DNA of 64,000 bases from Eledone cirrhosa (taxonomy: Eukaryota): assembly GCA_964016885.1 (NCBI GenBank), contig OZ024757.1, positions 6,014,001 to 6,078,000 on the forward strand, in the 5' to 3' direction. Shown piece after piece: positions 26,604-40,892 of this stretch; the stretch's first letter is position 1; the number at the start of each line of letters is the position of its first letter. Position numbers and translations under genes: made by a program. Below the pieces are notes generated by a model. The model was not told where the DNA came from. It ran no database searches and saw only the letters and a list, made by a program, of their open reading frames with translations.

Positions 26604-29600
26604 TTGAAAAGATGATGGATTTCACACATGGTCAGGTCACCAGTTGGTGCTACTGGTAACATGTATCCCAGTACAACCTGTCTCATGGTCGGGTCGTTGG
26701 CGACTAAACTGGCAACCCCACCAAGGTTTTTTTGGTGAGGAGGGTGACTTTGGACATCCTGCAGGACTAAAAATAAAACCTGTCGAAGGGCAAAGGAACT
26801 CCTGGGAGCTCTTGTAGTCAATGGTCATCCAAAACCAGCATGGCCCACCGAAAGGCGCTGCAGTGCCGAAAAGTCAACTTCCTGTTACTAGTATGCTGGA
26901 AAGCTAGTACAACGTATCTCCAGACGGATAGAGTGGGTCCGTAGCTTTGGTTAGCGACTACTCTAGTGCTTGCAACACGAACAATTAGGGCGAGGGTATA
27001 AATACCAGGTTGGTATCTGGAGCCGGGTAACCCACTACACGGAGGAGAAAGCACCTTCTTCAAGACTTGGTTTTCAAATTCTTTCCATGTGTGTAGTAGT
27101 GGCACCCACACACATTATTAGCTATTTGAAAAGATGATGGATTTCACAATTAACTGCACCAGGGTTCCTGTTCCTCAGGGAACCACACTATATGGTATAC
27201 CTGTTGATATAGGTCCAGCCCCTGCTTTCCCAGGTCCTGTTTCTGATCATAATGCACCTACAAAGGCATCGAATGATGATGAATCCTCAAATCTCAAGGG
27301 ACGGGTTCATCTGATGGAGAAGAAACAGGTCCTAACCAAACAACAAGCAAATCTCGCTTAGTTAGCTGTAAAAAGCAAATAATAGTTAGCTCCTTGAACA
27401 CCAGAACCCTCCTTCCAACAGGTAGACTCCAGGAGCTGGCAGAGAATGCCAAACTTCAGAACATTGACATCCTTGCGCTCCAAGAACACCGCTTTTTCCA
27501 CCCAAAGGATGATCTCAAGTATCACACCCTAGGATCCTACCAACTTGTCACCTCTTCAGCCACCAGGAACCCTGTCAATGCCTCCGTCGGAGGAGTCGGC
27601 TGCCTTCTCTCATCTAAAGCCAGCAATAATCTTCTGGGGATTGAAACAATCTCTCCCAGAATCTTGGTGCTTACACTAGAGGGCAATCCTAGAACCACTG
27701 CGATATGTGTATACAGTCCTCATAACGCCTCTCCTGAGGATGAGGTAAGAGAATTCTACACGACCCTTCGCACAGTTGTTGAGCAAGTACCCTTACACAA
27801 CTTTCTTATCATCGCTGGAGACCTCAACGCTCAACTTGGCCCGGATGAAGTAAAGTTCACATACAATAGAGTTACTAACCGAAACGGGGAATATCTCAAG
27901 GACTTCATGGAAGAATTCAGTCTATTCAGCTCAAACAACAGCTTCATGAAGACCAGAGGCTGGCTTTGGACCTTCGAATACCCAAACCAAAAACGAGCTC
28001 AGATTGACTATTTGATATTTCGCAAGAAATGGAGAAACTCAATCAAAGATTCTAGATCTTATTCCTCCTTTAGCTCTGTTGGCTCAGATCATCGAGTCAT
28101 CTTCGCAACAATCAAACTTAGCCTAGGATATCCAAGAGGGCCAAACCTCACCCCATGAAAAGAATAGACTGGAAAGCCGTTTCTTCCAACAAACAACTAT
28201 CCAATAGCTTCACGCTTCAAGTCTATAACAGATTTCAATCTCTCTCAACTTCTGACATCAATGACGATAATATTGAGGATGTGTATGACTGTCTTAAGCA
28301 ATCAACAGAGGAAGTTGCACTTGCCACCCTACCTAAAAAGAAAAGCCGAAGCCAAATGAAACCTAGTGCCTCAGAGAAGGTAGTTGAGGCAAGGGCCCAT
28401 CTTAGGTCAATATCCCAATCTCACCATCAATCACCATCTCAAGGGGAAAAGATACAGCTTATCATGGCCAAAAAATCACTAGACGACGCTTATCTTAATG
28501 CTGAAGCCGACTATATCTCAGGTAGGATTGATCAGCTATCGCAACATCACATCAGCAAACACCATCATCTTGCTTGGAAGGTTGTCAAAGATCTTTCAGG
28601 CAAAAACTCAAACTCTGCAGTTAGAATCAAGGGAGGCTCTGCCAAAAAACGTCTTGAAAATTGGTCTGCTCATTTTAAAAACCTTCTAGGGAAAAAGGCC
28701 AGACTCCCTGATAACTATCAACTGCCATCCGTTCAGGTTTCAGAGCCTTTAGGAATCAACACCTCTCCTTTCACCATGCCTGAGCTCAAAGAAGCCATCA
28801 AACAGCTCAAAGCCTCAAAAGCCTTTGGGCCGGATAATATACCTACCCTGATTTGGAAGGATGAGTATTTCCACATCCTTTTGCTCAACTTATGTAACCA
28901 TACTTTCGAGACCAATAAACCACCTAGCGTCTGGCATGCAGCTCAAATTATCCCCATGCCCCAAAAAGGAGATCTTTCTTTAGCCACCAACTATAGAGGA
29001 ATTTCTCTCATGGCAATTGCTGCAAAAATATACAAGCTTCTTCTTAACCGCTTAATCCCATTTCTTGAGCCAATCCTTCGTAACAACCAGAATGGATTTA
29101 GGAGAGGTAGATCAACACTTAACCAGATTCTCTGCCTTCGCCGACTTATAGAGGAGTCCCAAAACCGCAATCTAGACCTTGCACTCATCTTTGTTGATTT
29201 TTCAAAAGCCTTCGACTCAGTTGACAGGTCGGGGATGTTTGAAATTCTACAACTCTATGGGATTCCTGATAAAATCATCGCGGCCATACGTGTAATGTAT
29301 ACAGATACCAAATCAACTGTCCTGACCCCAGATGGGGAAACACCACCTTTCTCAATCCTCGCTGGAATTTTACAGGGCGATACCCTTGCTCCGTATCTAT
29401 TTATCATTGTTGTGGATTATGTTTTGTGCATGCCTGTGGATAGGATTCAGGATAGGGGATACCAACTACAGCCTAGGAGAAGCTCACGCTACCCAGCAAA
29501 ATACTTGACCGACACCGACTTTGCTGATGACATCGCATTGATCAGTCGGTCACTGGAAAATGCTGAGAGTCTTTTGAAGTCATTAGAGCAAGCGTCCAAC

Positions 29601-30270
29601 TGTGTTGGACTGTACCTCAATGAATCCAAGACTGAGTGTGTGAACAGATGCGCAAACAACCCAAACTACCCCATCAGAACCCTTAATGGTACCACCCTTA
29701 AGCAGGTGGAAGATTACAAGTATCTTGGCTCATATATCTCCTCCTCCAAAAAAGATTTTCTAACCAGGAAAGGTATGGCATGGTCAGCATGCAATGACAT
29801 GCACGACATATGGACATCTCAACTTACGAACAAGCTAAAACTGGAAATATTCCAAGCAACCCTTTAGCCCATATTACTTTATGGATCTGAAACTTGGACA
29901 CTAACATCACAACTTGAGAGGAGATTGGATGGCACATATACCCGCCTCTTAATGAGAGTGCAAAACCTATCCTGGAAACGACATCCCACCTTGTCTAAAA
30001 TCTATGGCAAACTCCCTCGAGCCTCTGCCCTTCTAAAATCCCGGAGAGCTCAATTTGCTGACCACTGTCACCGTGCCAGCAATGAAATCATATCCGTTCT
30101 CTTGCTCTGGAACCCTGACACCAGCCTGACTAGGAGTAGGAAGCTGTCATTCCCTGACGTTATCTCTAGGGATACGGGAATCAGCAGACAGGACCTGGGG
30201 GCAGGGGATTCTGGGGCATGAGAGTGAGATCCATCATCTCGACAGTAGTCGACGAGTGATGATGTGTGAT
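26604..30270 (+). mobile_element. Apparently full-length LINE of a second RTE-like family (APE + RT, no PHD), inactivated
   Basis: ORFs 27134-27361, 27394-28158 (LQEHR, GDLNA, IDY, SDHR), 28155-29867 (NYRGISL, DFSKAFD, LQGD, FADD) and 29925-30221; (GAT)-type tail. Empty site at ~50195 in the paralogous block. Confidence 0.92.
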
Positions 30271-30389
30271 GATATATATACATATATCTGAAGGGCGGTG
30301 CCCCAGCATGGCCTCAGCCAGATAGCTGGAACACGTAAAAGAGTAAAAGAATATAATACATACGTGTATATTCCTCTATTGTATTTATC

Positions 30390-32720
30390 CTCATCACAAT
30401 TTAAACTCCAATTTACATGCTAGCATGGGTCAGACGAGTTGTCCTATTGTGTGAAAACTTAGATCAAATAACCCTGTCTTGCTCATGCAAGAACCATTTC
30501 TGGTTGGATTGTACGGCTGGATGCCCTTCCTAACTCCAACCACATTTACAGGGTGGACTTGGTATTTATTGTTGTGTTGCTAACATGACCAACCTACAGG
30601 GTTGACTGGGTGCTTTTTGCTGCTCTTTGTCATGTCACCAATTTGAAGGGTGGTTTGGGTCCCTTCAGTCTTGCCACTAGCATGACCACTTTACAGGGTG
30701 GGCTAGAGGCCTCCTGTCATGTCTACATCACTGGGTGAACTGGGTGCTTATTTGTCATGTCACCAGCATGACTACCTTGCAGGGAGGGTTAGGTACTCTT
30801 TTGTCATATTACCTAACAGAGAGGACTCTGTGTTCTTTTGTCATGACACTTGCATGACCACCTTACAGGAGTGTCTGAGGGCTTTTAGCCATTTCAGCAG
30901 CATTGGGGGAAGAGCATGTTAAGCTTTCCATACTTGTATACATGGGCTGGTCAAGAAAGGTGTATCAGATGTGAAAGTGGGGCTGTGTGTATGTAGGGTG
31001 GAGATTGGAGAGGTAGGTCAGGGTGGAGTACTTAGCTGGTAAGTGGGTGGAGTGTTAAGATGTGGGGAGGAAGAAAATTAGAGCATACTTCAAACCACTA
31101 AATGTTGCTTCATCCCGTGGACATGGGAATGCAGGTCTCCTGCAGTACTGTATAACGCCAGAGATTTCAATCCTGTGTCATCACCTTTGAGAGGTACAAT
31201 GGTGTCAGGTCAGTTTTTACCCTCTCATCCCAAGCTTTCCTAGGTCTTCTTCTTCCATCAATTTCAAGCAGTCAACATTTTATACAGCATCTCTACCTTC
31301 ATACACATCACATGTCCATACCACAGCAATCTCCTCTCCTGCATACTGTATCTTATACCTCTCATGCCCAGGTTCTCTCTCAGTTTATTTGTTTTTCATG
31401 TATATTAATATTACACATCCATCGGAGATTCAAGCTTCATTTCTATACAACATTCTGAGGTCCTCTGCACACACCACCCATATCTCACTGCAATGCAGCA
31501 TTGCTGTTCATATACACACATCAAATTGATGAAACAACCTTGTGTAGCTAGTAGCAGTAATAACACCATAAACATCTGCCATCTTGTTCTTACTCTTGTT
31601 ACTGTACTTTCAGAACACCTACCTCCACTGCTTATTTGGTCACCCAGGTAACAGAAACTGTCAACCAGCTACTTTTATGGAGTCCTTTAAATATTTGATA
31701 GAGCTTGTCTCCTAAAAGCGATTGCTTTTTACTGTTCCAGTACAATGACCCCATGTAAAACATACTTTCTTACCTACCTTACTTTATCTCCTACTAAATC
31801 TCTGGTGTACCCATAGTCTGTTTAGAGTAAATAATGTTTCATACACATAACATGTATGTGTGACCATTGGTTTCCTATTCCATTTATGGCCACCACTGTT
31901 TAATGGGGGGGAGGGGAGCATTTCCAAACAGACTCTTCATTAAGCATGCTGACAAATATTAAAAGGAAGTTCTTTCCTCCAACAATTTTCACCCCAAACA
32001 AAGGAGAGTTTCATATTGTCAAAAAGGGAGGTAAATCTTTAGCAGTGTAATTGTCAGGCTTAATTAAATATGTAATTAGATACACATAGAAGTGGTTGAT
32101 AGCTTTTGCAATCTAGGTGACTTAATTAGCAGTGGAGGAGGCTGCTCTGAAAGATGAATAGCTAGAATAAGGAAAGGATGGAAAAAGTTTAGAGAACTAC
32201 TGCAACAGTTGACCACAAAAGGTTTCTCTCTCTGTACAAAAGGATAACAGTATGACACATGTGGGTGATGTGCAATGATGCATGGTAACTAAACAAGGGT
32301 GTGACTGCAGAGGATATATAGACTGGAGAGAAATGGAACAACCATGCTTTGTAGGATATGTTATGGAAGTGTAAGAGAAAGGCAGAACTTGGACGAGTTC
32401 AAGAAGAAGCTGGGTTTAAGAGTGATCTGAAGTGGTGTGTAAGAGAGAAGACTGTGTTTGTACAGACATGGGATGCACATGGATAATGACCACTGGGTGA
32501 TGAAGTGCCAGGAAATCCCAGTAGAAGGAAGCCATAGTAGAGGTAGACCAAGAAAGACCTGGACAGAGGCTGTGTGAACTGACTTCAAATAACTGACTCT
32601 CACAGAGGAGATGACAAAGGAACACGACAAGTTGAAAGATGCCATGTTGAGAAGGACCTGTCCAACCCATGGAAGCATGGAAAAACGGACATAAAAACAG
32701 TGATGATGTTGATGAAGATG
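30390..32720. mobile_element. Old RTE remnants (30390-31760 on -, 32080-32720 on +)
   Basis: Degraded RTE C-terminal and 3' UTR similarity. Duplicated at 50.3-52.2 kb and partly at 17.57-18.11 kb. Confidence 0.7.
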
Positions 32721-33543
32721 ACGTACATATACACACATACATAATAAATAAATCTAATACAGATATGCACATACTTATATACAAACACAGATACGAACAT
32801 GTACATGGACACAAATTTCTACACACATACATTCACATATATATAGCATATGTAAATTCTGAACAATACAGTTTTGTCAGCACAAGTCTTGGTTACAACT
32901 TCTACAAATAAAATGAAAGGAGAATAATTTCTTAGTAAAACAGTTTTATTCAAAATATTAACAACATTGGTGGCACTAGTTTAGCTGAGTGACATGGTTT
33001 TTATCTTGTCTGATTGTGTTTGTGTTGCATCAAGTAACCGTTACAAGAGAATTATTTATCACAGACACCACAGTGATATGGTTCCTTTCCTGTATGTTAG
33101 TGTGTAGGGAAGCCACAACATTTAGAGAAGGATTTATCAGAGTGATATGGTTCCTCTCCTGTATATGTTAGTGTCTAGTGAAGCCACAACATTTAGAGAA
33201 GGATTTACCACAGACATCACAGTGATATGGTTCCCCTCGTGTATGAGTTAGTATCTAGTGAAGCTAAAACATTTAGAGAAGGATTTATCACAGACATCAC
33301 AGTGATATAGTTCCTCTCCTGTATGTTAGTGTTTAGTGAAACCAAGATTAGAAAATGATTTACATGGGCTGAGGTGGTAAGGGCAGACCTCTGAAGCTCA
33401 CGGTGTAGATGATAAAGGACCGTGACAAGTGGAGAGATGCTTTGCTGAATAGGACCCATCCCACCCTTGCAAGCAGGGAAAAGCGGAGGTAAAATGATGA
33501 TGATGATGATGATATGTTTTCCCTCATCTATGCATATATTTAG

Positions 33544-34260
<717 letters not shown>

Positions 34261-34891
34261 ATTTTCTTCAACAGAATATACAATTGATTTACTTGTAATA
34301 TTTCTTATATTATATTCCTAAAAAATATATCTTCTATATTTCCCTCAACTGTGATTTCAGTTAATATATGAAGATAATACAAACTTATGTTTCACCCAAG
34401 TTTAGTTAAAATACAAAACTATCTCATAGTGAAGAAAATAAACTCAGTTCTGAGGAAATATTTCACAGTAATTGAACTATAGATTTATATAAACAGTGTT
34501 ATATAAGTTCTGTTTAAAATGTTTTAGTCTTCAAATGATGATAAATATAGGTGATGTATCCAAGATTGAAAATAATACTTTATGCCAATGTAATCTGATA
34601 TTCTGAAATGAAAAAGAAACAGTATGAGATAATACAGAATACTTTAGAAGCAGAGATAGATTTAACAGTGGACATTTTATATTTCTATATTGGTAAACTG
34701 TAGATATCAACTTTCCTATCCGGAGCAATTCTCTCCAATGTAAGCAGTGGTATTCAAGCATGCTATGTAAAATATATCCTTCTATCTCTAGAGAGGTCTG
34801 CTCTATGGCAGTTTAGTGAAAAATTCATTCTGATAGGACTTTCTAACGTAGCTATCATCTCCTCTCCTGGTAACATGTCAACACTGGTTTA

Positions 34892-35757
<866 letters not shown>

Positions 35758-38445
35758 GAAACTTTTACAAACAACCGCAATGACAGAGGATGGAGACATC
35801 ATTATGCTAGCAGGGGACTTCAATGGTCATGTTGGATAGCTCCAGGATGGTTACATTGTGGTACATGGTGGGCACGGTTACGGCTCAAGAAATGAAGAAG
35901 GAGTGAGACTTCTTGAATTATGTGATGCAAGTACACTAACTGTTTGCAACACAAACTTCCAGAAATCTGCCAACCACCTAATAACCTACAAATCAGGCGA
36001 GCACATAAGCCAGATTGACTTCTTACTAGTTAGGCAGCGGGACAGGCAGATGGTGTCAGATACTAAGGCATACCCTGAGGAAGAATGTACCCCACAACAT
36101 AGGTTAGTCATTAGTGATGTCTCAGTAAGCAAGAGATGGAATGAGACATACAGGAAGGTGTGTAAAAGAAAGGTCTGGAAGCTAAAAGACCTTTCACTAT
36201 AAAACAAATTTAGGAAAGCCCTTCAAGATGTGTATGACGAAAAAGAAGACAATTTAGAGACGTATGACATAGATAATAGCTGGAATTTCTTATGTGACAA
36301 CTGCAGGCTACTGATGAAACTTGTGGCTGGAGCAGAGCTCCAACCAGACAGAGAGTGACCTGGTGGTGGAACAGCACAGTAGATAAGGCCATCAGAGACA
36401 AAAGACTAGCATGGAAGGCTTGGAAAAAGGGTGGGAGTAGGGAAGAATACACAACCGCTAAGAGAGAAGCTAGACATCAGGTGTACTTAGCACGCAGGGA
36501 GGCTGAGAGTAGGAGGTTTGCCAATGTTCTGTGACAGGAAGATCAGAGGCGTGCGGTGTTCCACATTGCAAGGCAGTGTGTCAATGCAAATCAGGATGTT
36601 GCTGGAGTTAAATGTGTCCGGAATGATGCCAATGATCAGAAAAAAGGAGGCCTGGAAATGTCATTATGAGAAACTGATGAATGTGGAGAACGAATGGGAG
36701 AGAGAGAAATTACCCTCAATAGGTCCAACAAAGGGACCAGCTTTTGAGATTGACGAATATAGGGTCCAAGAGGGGATTAAGGAAATGAAAAATGGTAAGG
36801 CTGCTGGACCATCGGTGATAGTTGCTGAGATGCTGAAGGCATCAGGGGATGTAGGCACTAAACTGGTTGCACGCATCATCAATCAGGCTATATATGGTGG
36901 TGTCATACCCAAAGACTGGTGCAGCAGTATTCTCATAAATTGCTACAAAGGTAAAGGGGATGCTCTGGAGAGGAGCAATTATAGGGGTATAAAACTGATG
37001 GATCAGGTTATGAAAGTGACAGAAAGGATATTAGCACAACTAATTAGAGAAAGGGTCAAACTAGATGAGATGCAGTTTGGTTTTGGGCCTGGGAAGAGTA
37101 CAACAGATGCCCTCTACTTGGTGAGACAATTGCAAGAGAGGTTCTTAGAGAAGAATAAGCCACTATACTTAGCCTTTGTTGCCTTAAAGAAGGCCATTGA
37201 TAGGGTACCCCGATCTGTCATCTGGTGGTCCCTAAGGAAACTAGGTGTTGAGTAATGGCTTGTGAGGACAGTGCAAACTTTGTACAGAGGTCCTGTCAGT
37301 AAAGTCAGGGTAGGAATGGAGTTTAGTGAGGAATTCCAGATCCAAGTTGGTGTACATCAAGGTTCGGTCCACAGCCCGCTCTGGTTCATTATAATCCTCC
37401 AAGCCATAACAGAGGGGATTAAGACTGGCAGTGCATGGGAACTTCTCTATGCTGATGATCTGGTTCTTATAGCAGAATCAGTAGAGGAGATAGAGAATAC
37501 ATTCTGGCTATGGAAACAGCAGTTGGAATCAAGAGGCCTCAAAGTGAACATAGCTTAAACAAAAGTGTTGATGAGTAGAAAAGAGGACAAAACTCTGATT
37601 CCGTCAGGGAAATGGCCATGTTCGATATGTGGGAAAGGAACTGGCATAAATTCTATAAAATGCACACAATGCAGGTCCTGGGTACACAAGAGATGTAGCG
37701 GGATAGCAGGCAAACTAACAGATAGGGAGAAATATGTATGCAGTAGATGTACAGGGAAATTAGACATTAGAAGTCGCATTGATAGACACATTTTTCAAAT
37801 GCAGGCGGCCGCTATAGAAGTGGTGAATAGCTTCTGGTACCTAGGAGATCAGATTAGCATGGGAGGGGGGTGTTCCGAAACAATAGTATCTAGAATAAGG
37901 TCGGGTTGGAAGAAGTCTAGGGAGCTGCTTCCTCTGCTGGCGAAGAAGGGTTTCTCCCTGCGTACGAAAGGCCGGTTATATGATGCCTGTGTGAGGAGCG
38001 CGATGCTGCATGGTAGTGAGACATGAGCAGCAACTGCAGAGGATATGCGACAGCTGGAGAGAAATGAGGCAAGCATGCTCCGTTGGATGTGCAGTGTAAA
38101 TGTGCGTGAACGACCCAGCATGAATGTGTTGAGAGAGAAACTGTGTCTGAGAGGGCTAGAATGTAGTGTGCGAGAGAGGAGACTGAGGTGGTATGGACAT
38201 GTGATGCGCATGGAAGATGACCGATGGGTGAAGAAGTGCCAGGAAATGCCAGTTGAAGGAAGACGTAGTAGCGATAGACCACGAAAAACATGGGCGGAGG
38301 TGGTGAGAACAGACCTCAAATGATTGAAGCTCACGGTGGAGATGACGAAGGACCGTGACAAGTGAAGAGATGCTGTGCTGAATAAGACCCGTCCCACCCT
38401 TGCAAGCAGGGCAGAGCAGACATAAAATGATGATGATGATGATGA
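35758..38445 (+). mobile_element. 5'-truncated RTE LINE (partial APE, RT, PHD), decayed
   Basis: [27 protein letters not shown] motif, RLRWYGHV, (ATG)n tail; many stops. Confidence 0.92.
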
Positions 38446-38451
38446 TATACA

Positions 38452-38600
38452 CGTGGAGGCACATGGCTTCGTGGTTAGAGGAATGGCCTTGCAATCGAAA
38501 CGTTGTGAGTTCAATTCTCAGACCAGGTGATGTGTTGTTTCCTTGAGCAAGACACTTTCTTTCACATTGCTCCAGTTTACTCAGCTGTAGAAATGAGATG
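38452..38600 (+). mobile_element. tRNA-derived CORE-type SINE
   Basis: A/B boxes and CCTTGAGCAAGACAC...CAGCTGTAGAAATG. Confidence 0.75.
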
Positions 38601-39536
38601 ATAGGGACTGGGGTCCCTATCATTCCACCGCAAAGTGGTCGTGCAGGTGCCATGGAAAAAAAGCACCCAGCACTCACTGTAAATGAGGTTGGTGTTAGGA
38701 AGGGCATCCAGCTGTAGAAATTAAGCCAGAATCAGTTGCCGTCCCACCCTTGCAAGCAGGGAAAAGTGGACGTAAAATGATGATGATGATGATGATGATG
38801 AAATACATATATATATACACATATATATGTGTACAAATATATATATACACAAATACATATATATATATATACATATTTATATGTATCATCATCATCATCA
38901 TTAAACGTCTGCCACGCTAACATGGGTTAGACGGGAATTGTGCCACTTCATTGATCAGGTGACCGTATCTCACTCGTATCTGGCAGGTTTTCTACAGTTG
39001 GATGCCCTTCCTAACACCAACCACATTTTATCTCTATATATACATGTGAAGGCTGAAAACTCTGCTAAGAGTTTTGCAATCACTTGTCACATTATAGAAT
39101 TTGGTCCACTTTTAGGCTACGGCCAACCATACAAACTTATAACATATCCTGAACAAGCAATGCCTGTGCTTTGAAGGTTTTTTAAGTGGGGAAAGGCCTT
39201 TCACTCAACCAATCCCACTCTCTGAACATCAAAACACTACCCAAAAAAGAGAACTGATCAACATCATCGGATGTTTCCTAAGCCACAGGTTTTTTTTCAG
39301 AGTTTCTTTCTCCTAGAAGGTTGTGACAACAACTGGAGGCCTTTCACTCCCAGGCGTAAAAGAAAAAAAAATTCATATACATAAATATATCGTTATCATT
39401 TAACGGCCATTTTCCAAGGTAGCATGGGTTTGACGGGTTGTCCCATTTGAAGCAATTTCGGTCAGGTGACCATGTTTTGCTCATACAGAACTGTTTCTGT
39501 CTTTGTTTACATGGAGGGATGTCCTTCCTAATGTCA

Positions 39537-39952
39537 ACCACTTTACAGTGTATGCTGGGCACTTTTTGTTCTGACACCTACATGACCACTTTACAGTGTA
39601 TGCTGGGCACTTTTTGTTCTGACACCAACACAACCACTTTACAGTGTATGCTGGGCACTTTTTGTTCTGACACCTACACAACCACTTTACAGTGTGGACT
39701 GGGCACTTTTTGTTCTGACACCTACACAACCACTTTACAGTGTATGCTGGGCACTTTTTGTTCTGACACCTACATGACCACATTACAATGTAGACTGGGT
39801 GCTTTTTGACATCATACCTACACAACCACTTTACAATGTAGACTGGGTGCTTTTTGTTCTTACACCTACACAACCACTTTACAATGTAGACTGGGTGCTT
39901 TTTGTTCTGACACCTACACAACCACTTTACAATGTAGACTGGGTGCTTTTTG
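39537..39952. repeat. 48-bp minisatellite (~9 units) within an RTE 3' UTR
   Basis: ACCACTTTACAGTGTATGCTGGGCACTTTTTGTTCTGACACCTACA(TG/CA), continuous with the RTE 3' UTR at 39395-39540. Confidence 0.88.
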
Positions 39953-40629
39953 CTATATTAAATACATCGACCCAGAAAGAAACGTGGGGTGTGTGGAAAA
40001 TCGGTAAAACTTCACCAGAGATAAAAATCCAGAATTTAGTTTACACAATGTGACCCCAACCCATCTTATTTATTTTATAACATATGGCATTTCTAGTAAT
40101 GTACTTTTAATGCCATGTAAAATGTTTTTTAATGTCTAAAGAAAATTGGCGCAGGAATGCGACCACTTTGAATAATATTTCACCAGAGATAAGAAAAATT
40201 TAATAAATAGAGGGTAGGGTGAATCAAGAGTGGGGTGGAAAATAAATGAGGGTGGGGGAAGATTATTTGAGGTGAAAGCGAGGGTGGGGGAAGATTATTT
40301 GAGATGAAAGTGAGGTTGGGGTACAATTATTTGAGACCAAAGTGAGGATGGGGGACCACTATTTGAGTTACATACACATATTCTAGTATGTAGAAAGGAA
40401 AATAGGGCACAGGTGCCCTCTGGGAAATGGCCATGTTCAGTGTGTAGCAAAGGAGTAGGTAGAAATTCCATTTTATGTCCCAAATGCAAACAATGGGTAC
40501 ATAAAAGATGTAGTGGGATTAGAGGTAAGCTATCTAAGAACGTAGATTTTGTATGTGGCGATGCTCAGGTGCAATAAATAGCAAGTGGACACAGGACACC
40601 AGCTCCTTCTATTGCCTAGATGGTTCTAT

Positions 40630-40890
40630 AATGTTACTCGATATTCAATGTAGCAACAAGTGAATATTGTTATTGTAAAATAAACATTGTCAACATCACA
40701 ATTCTGGCATTATTCTTTTTATCATTCATCCACAAAAGAATACATTTATCCACTACATATGCAACAAACAAAAGGGGTCCAAGAACAGATCCCTGTGGTA
40801 CACCAGATGACATCTCATACAGTGAAGAATTCTGTCCTAGAACCGTGACTACCTCTCTTCAACTGAGAGTGAAGGATTTCAACCAGTTAA
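40630..40890 (-). mobile_element. CR1/L2-like RT fragment
   Basis: The - strand reads SSGVPQGSVLGPLLFV. Confidence 0.6.
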
Positions 40891-40892
40891 AA

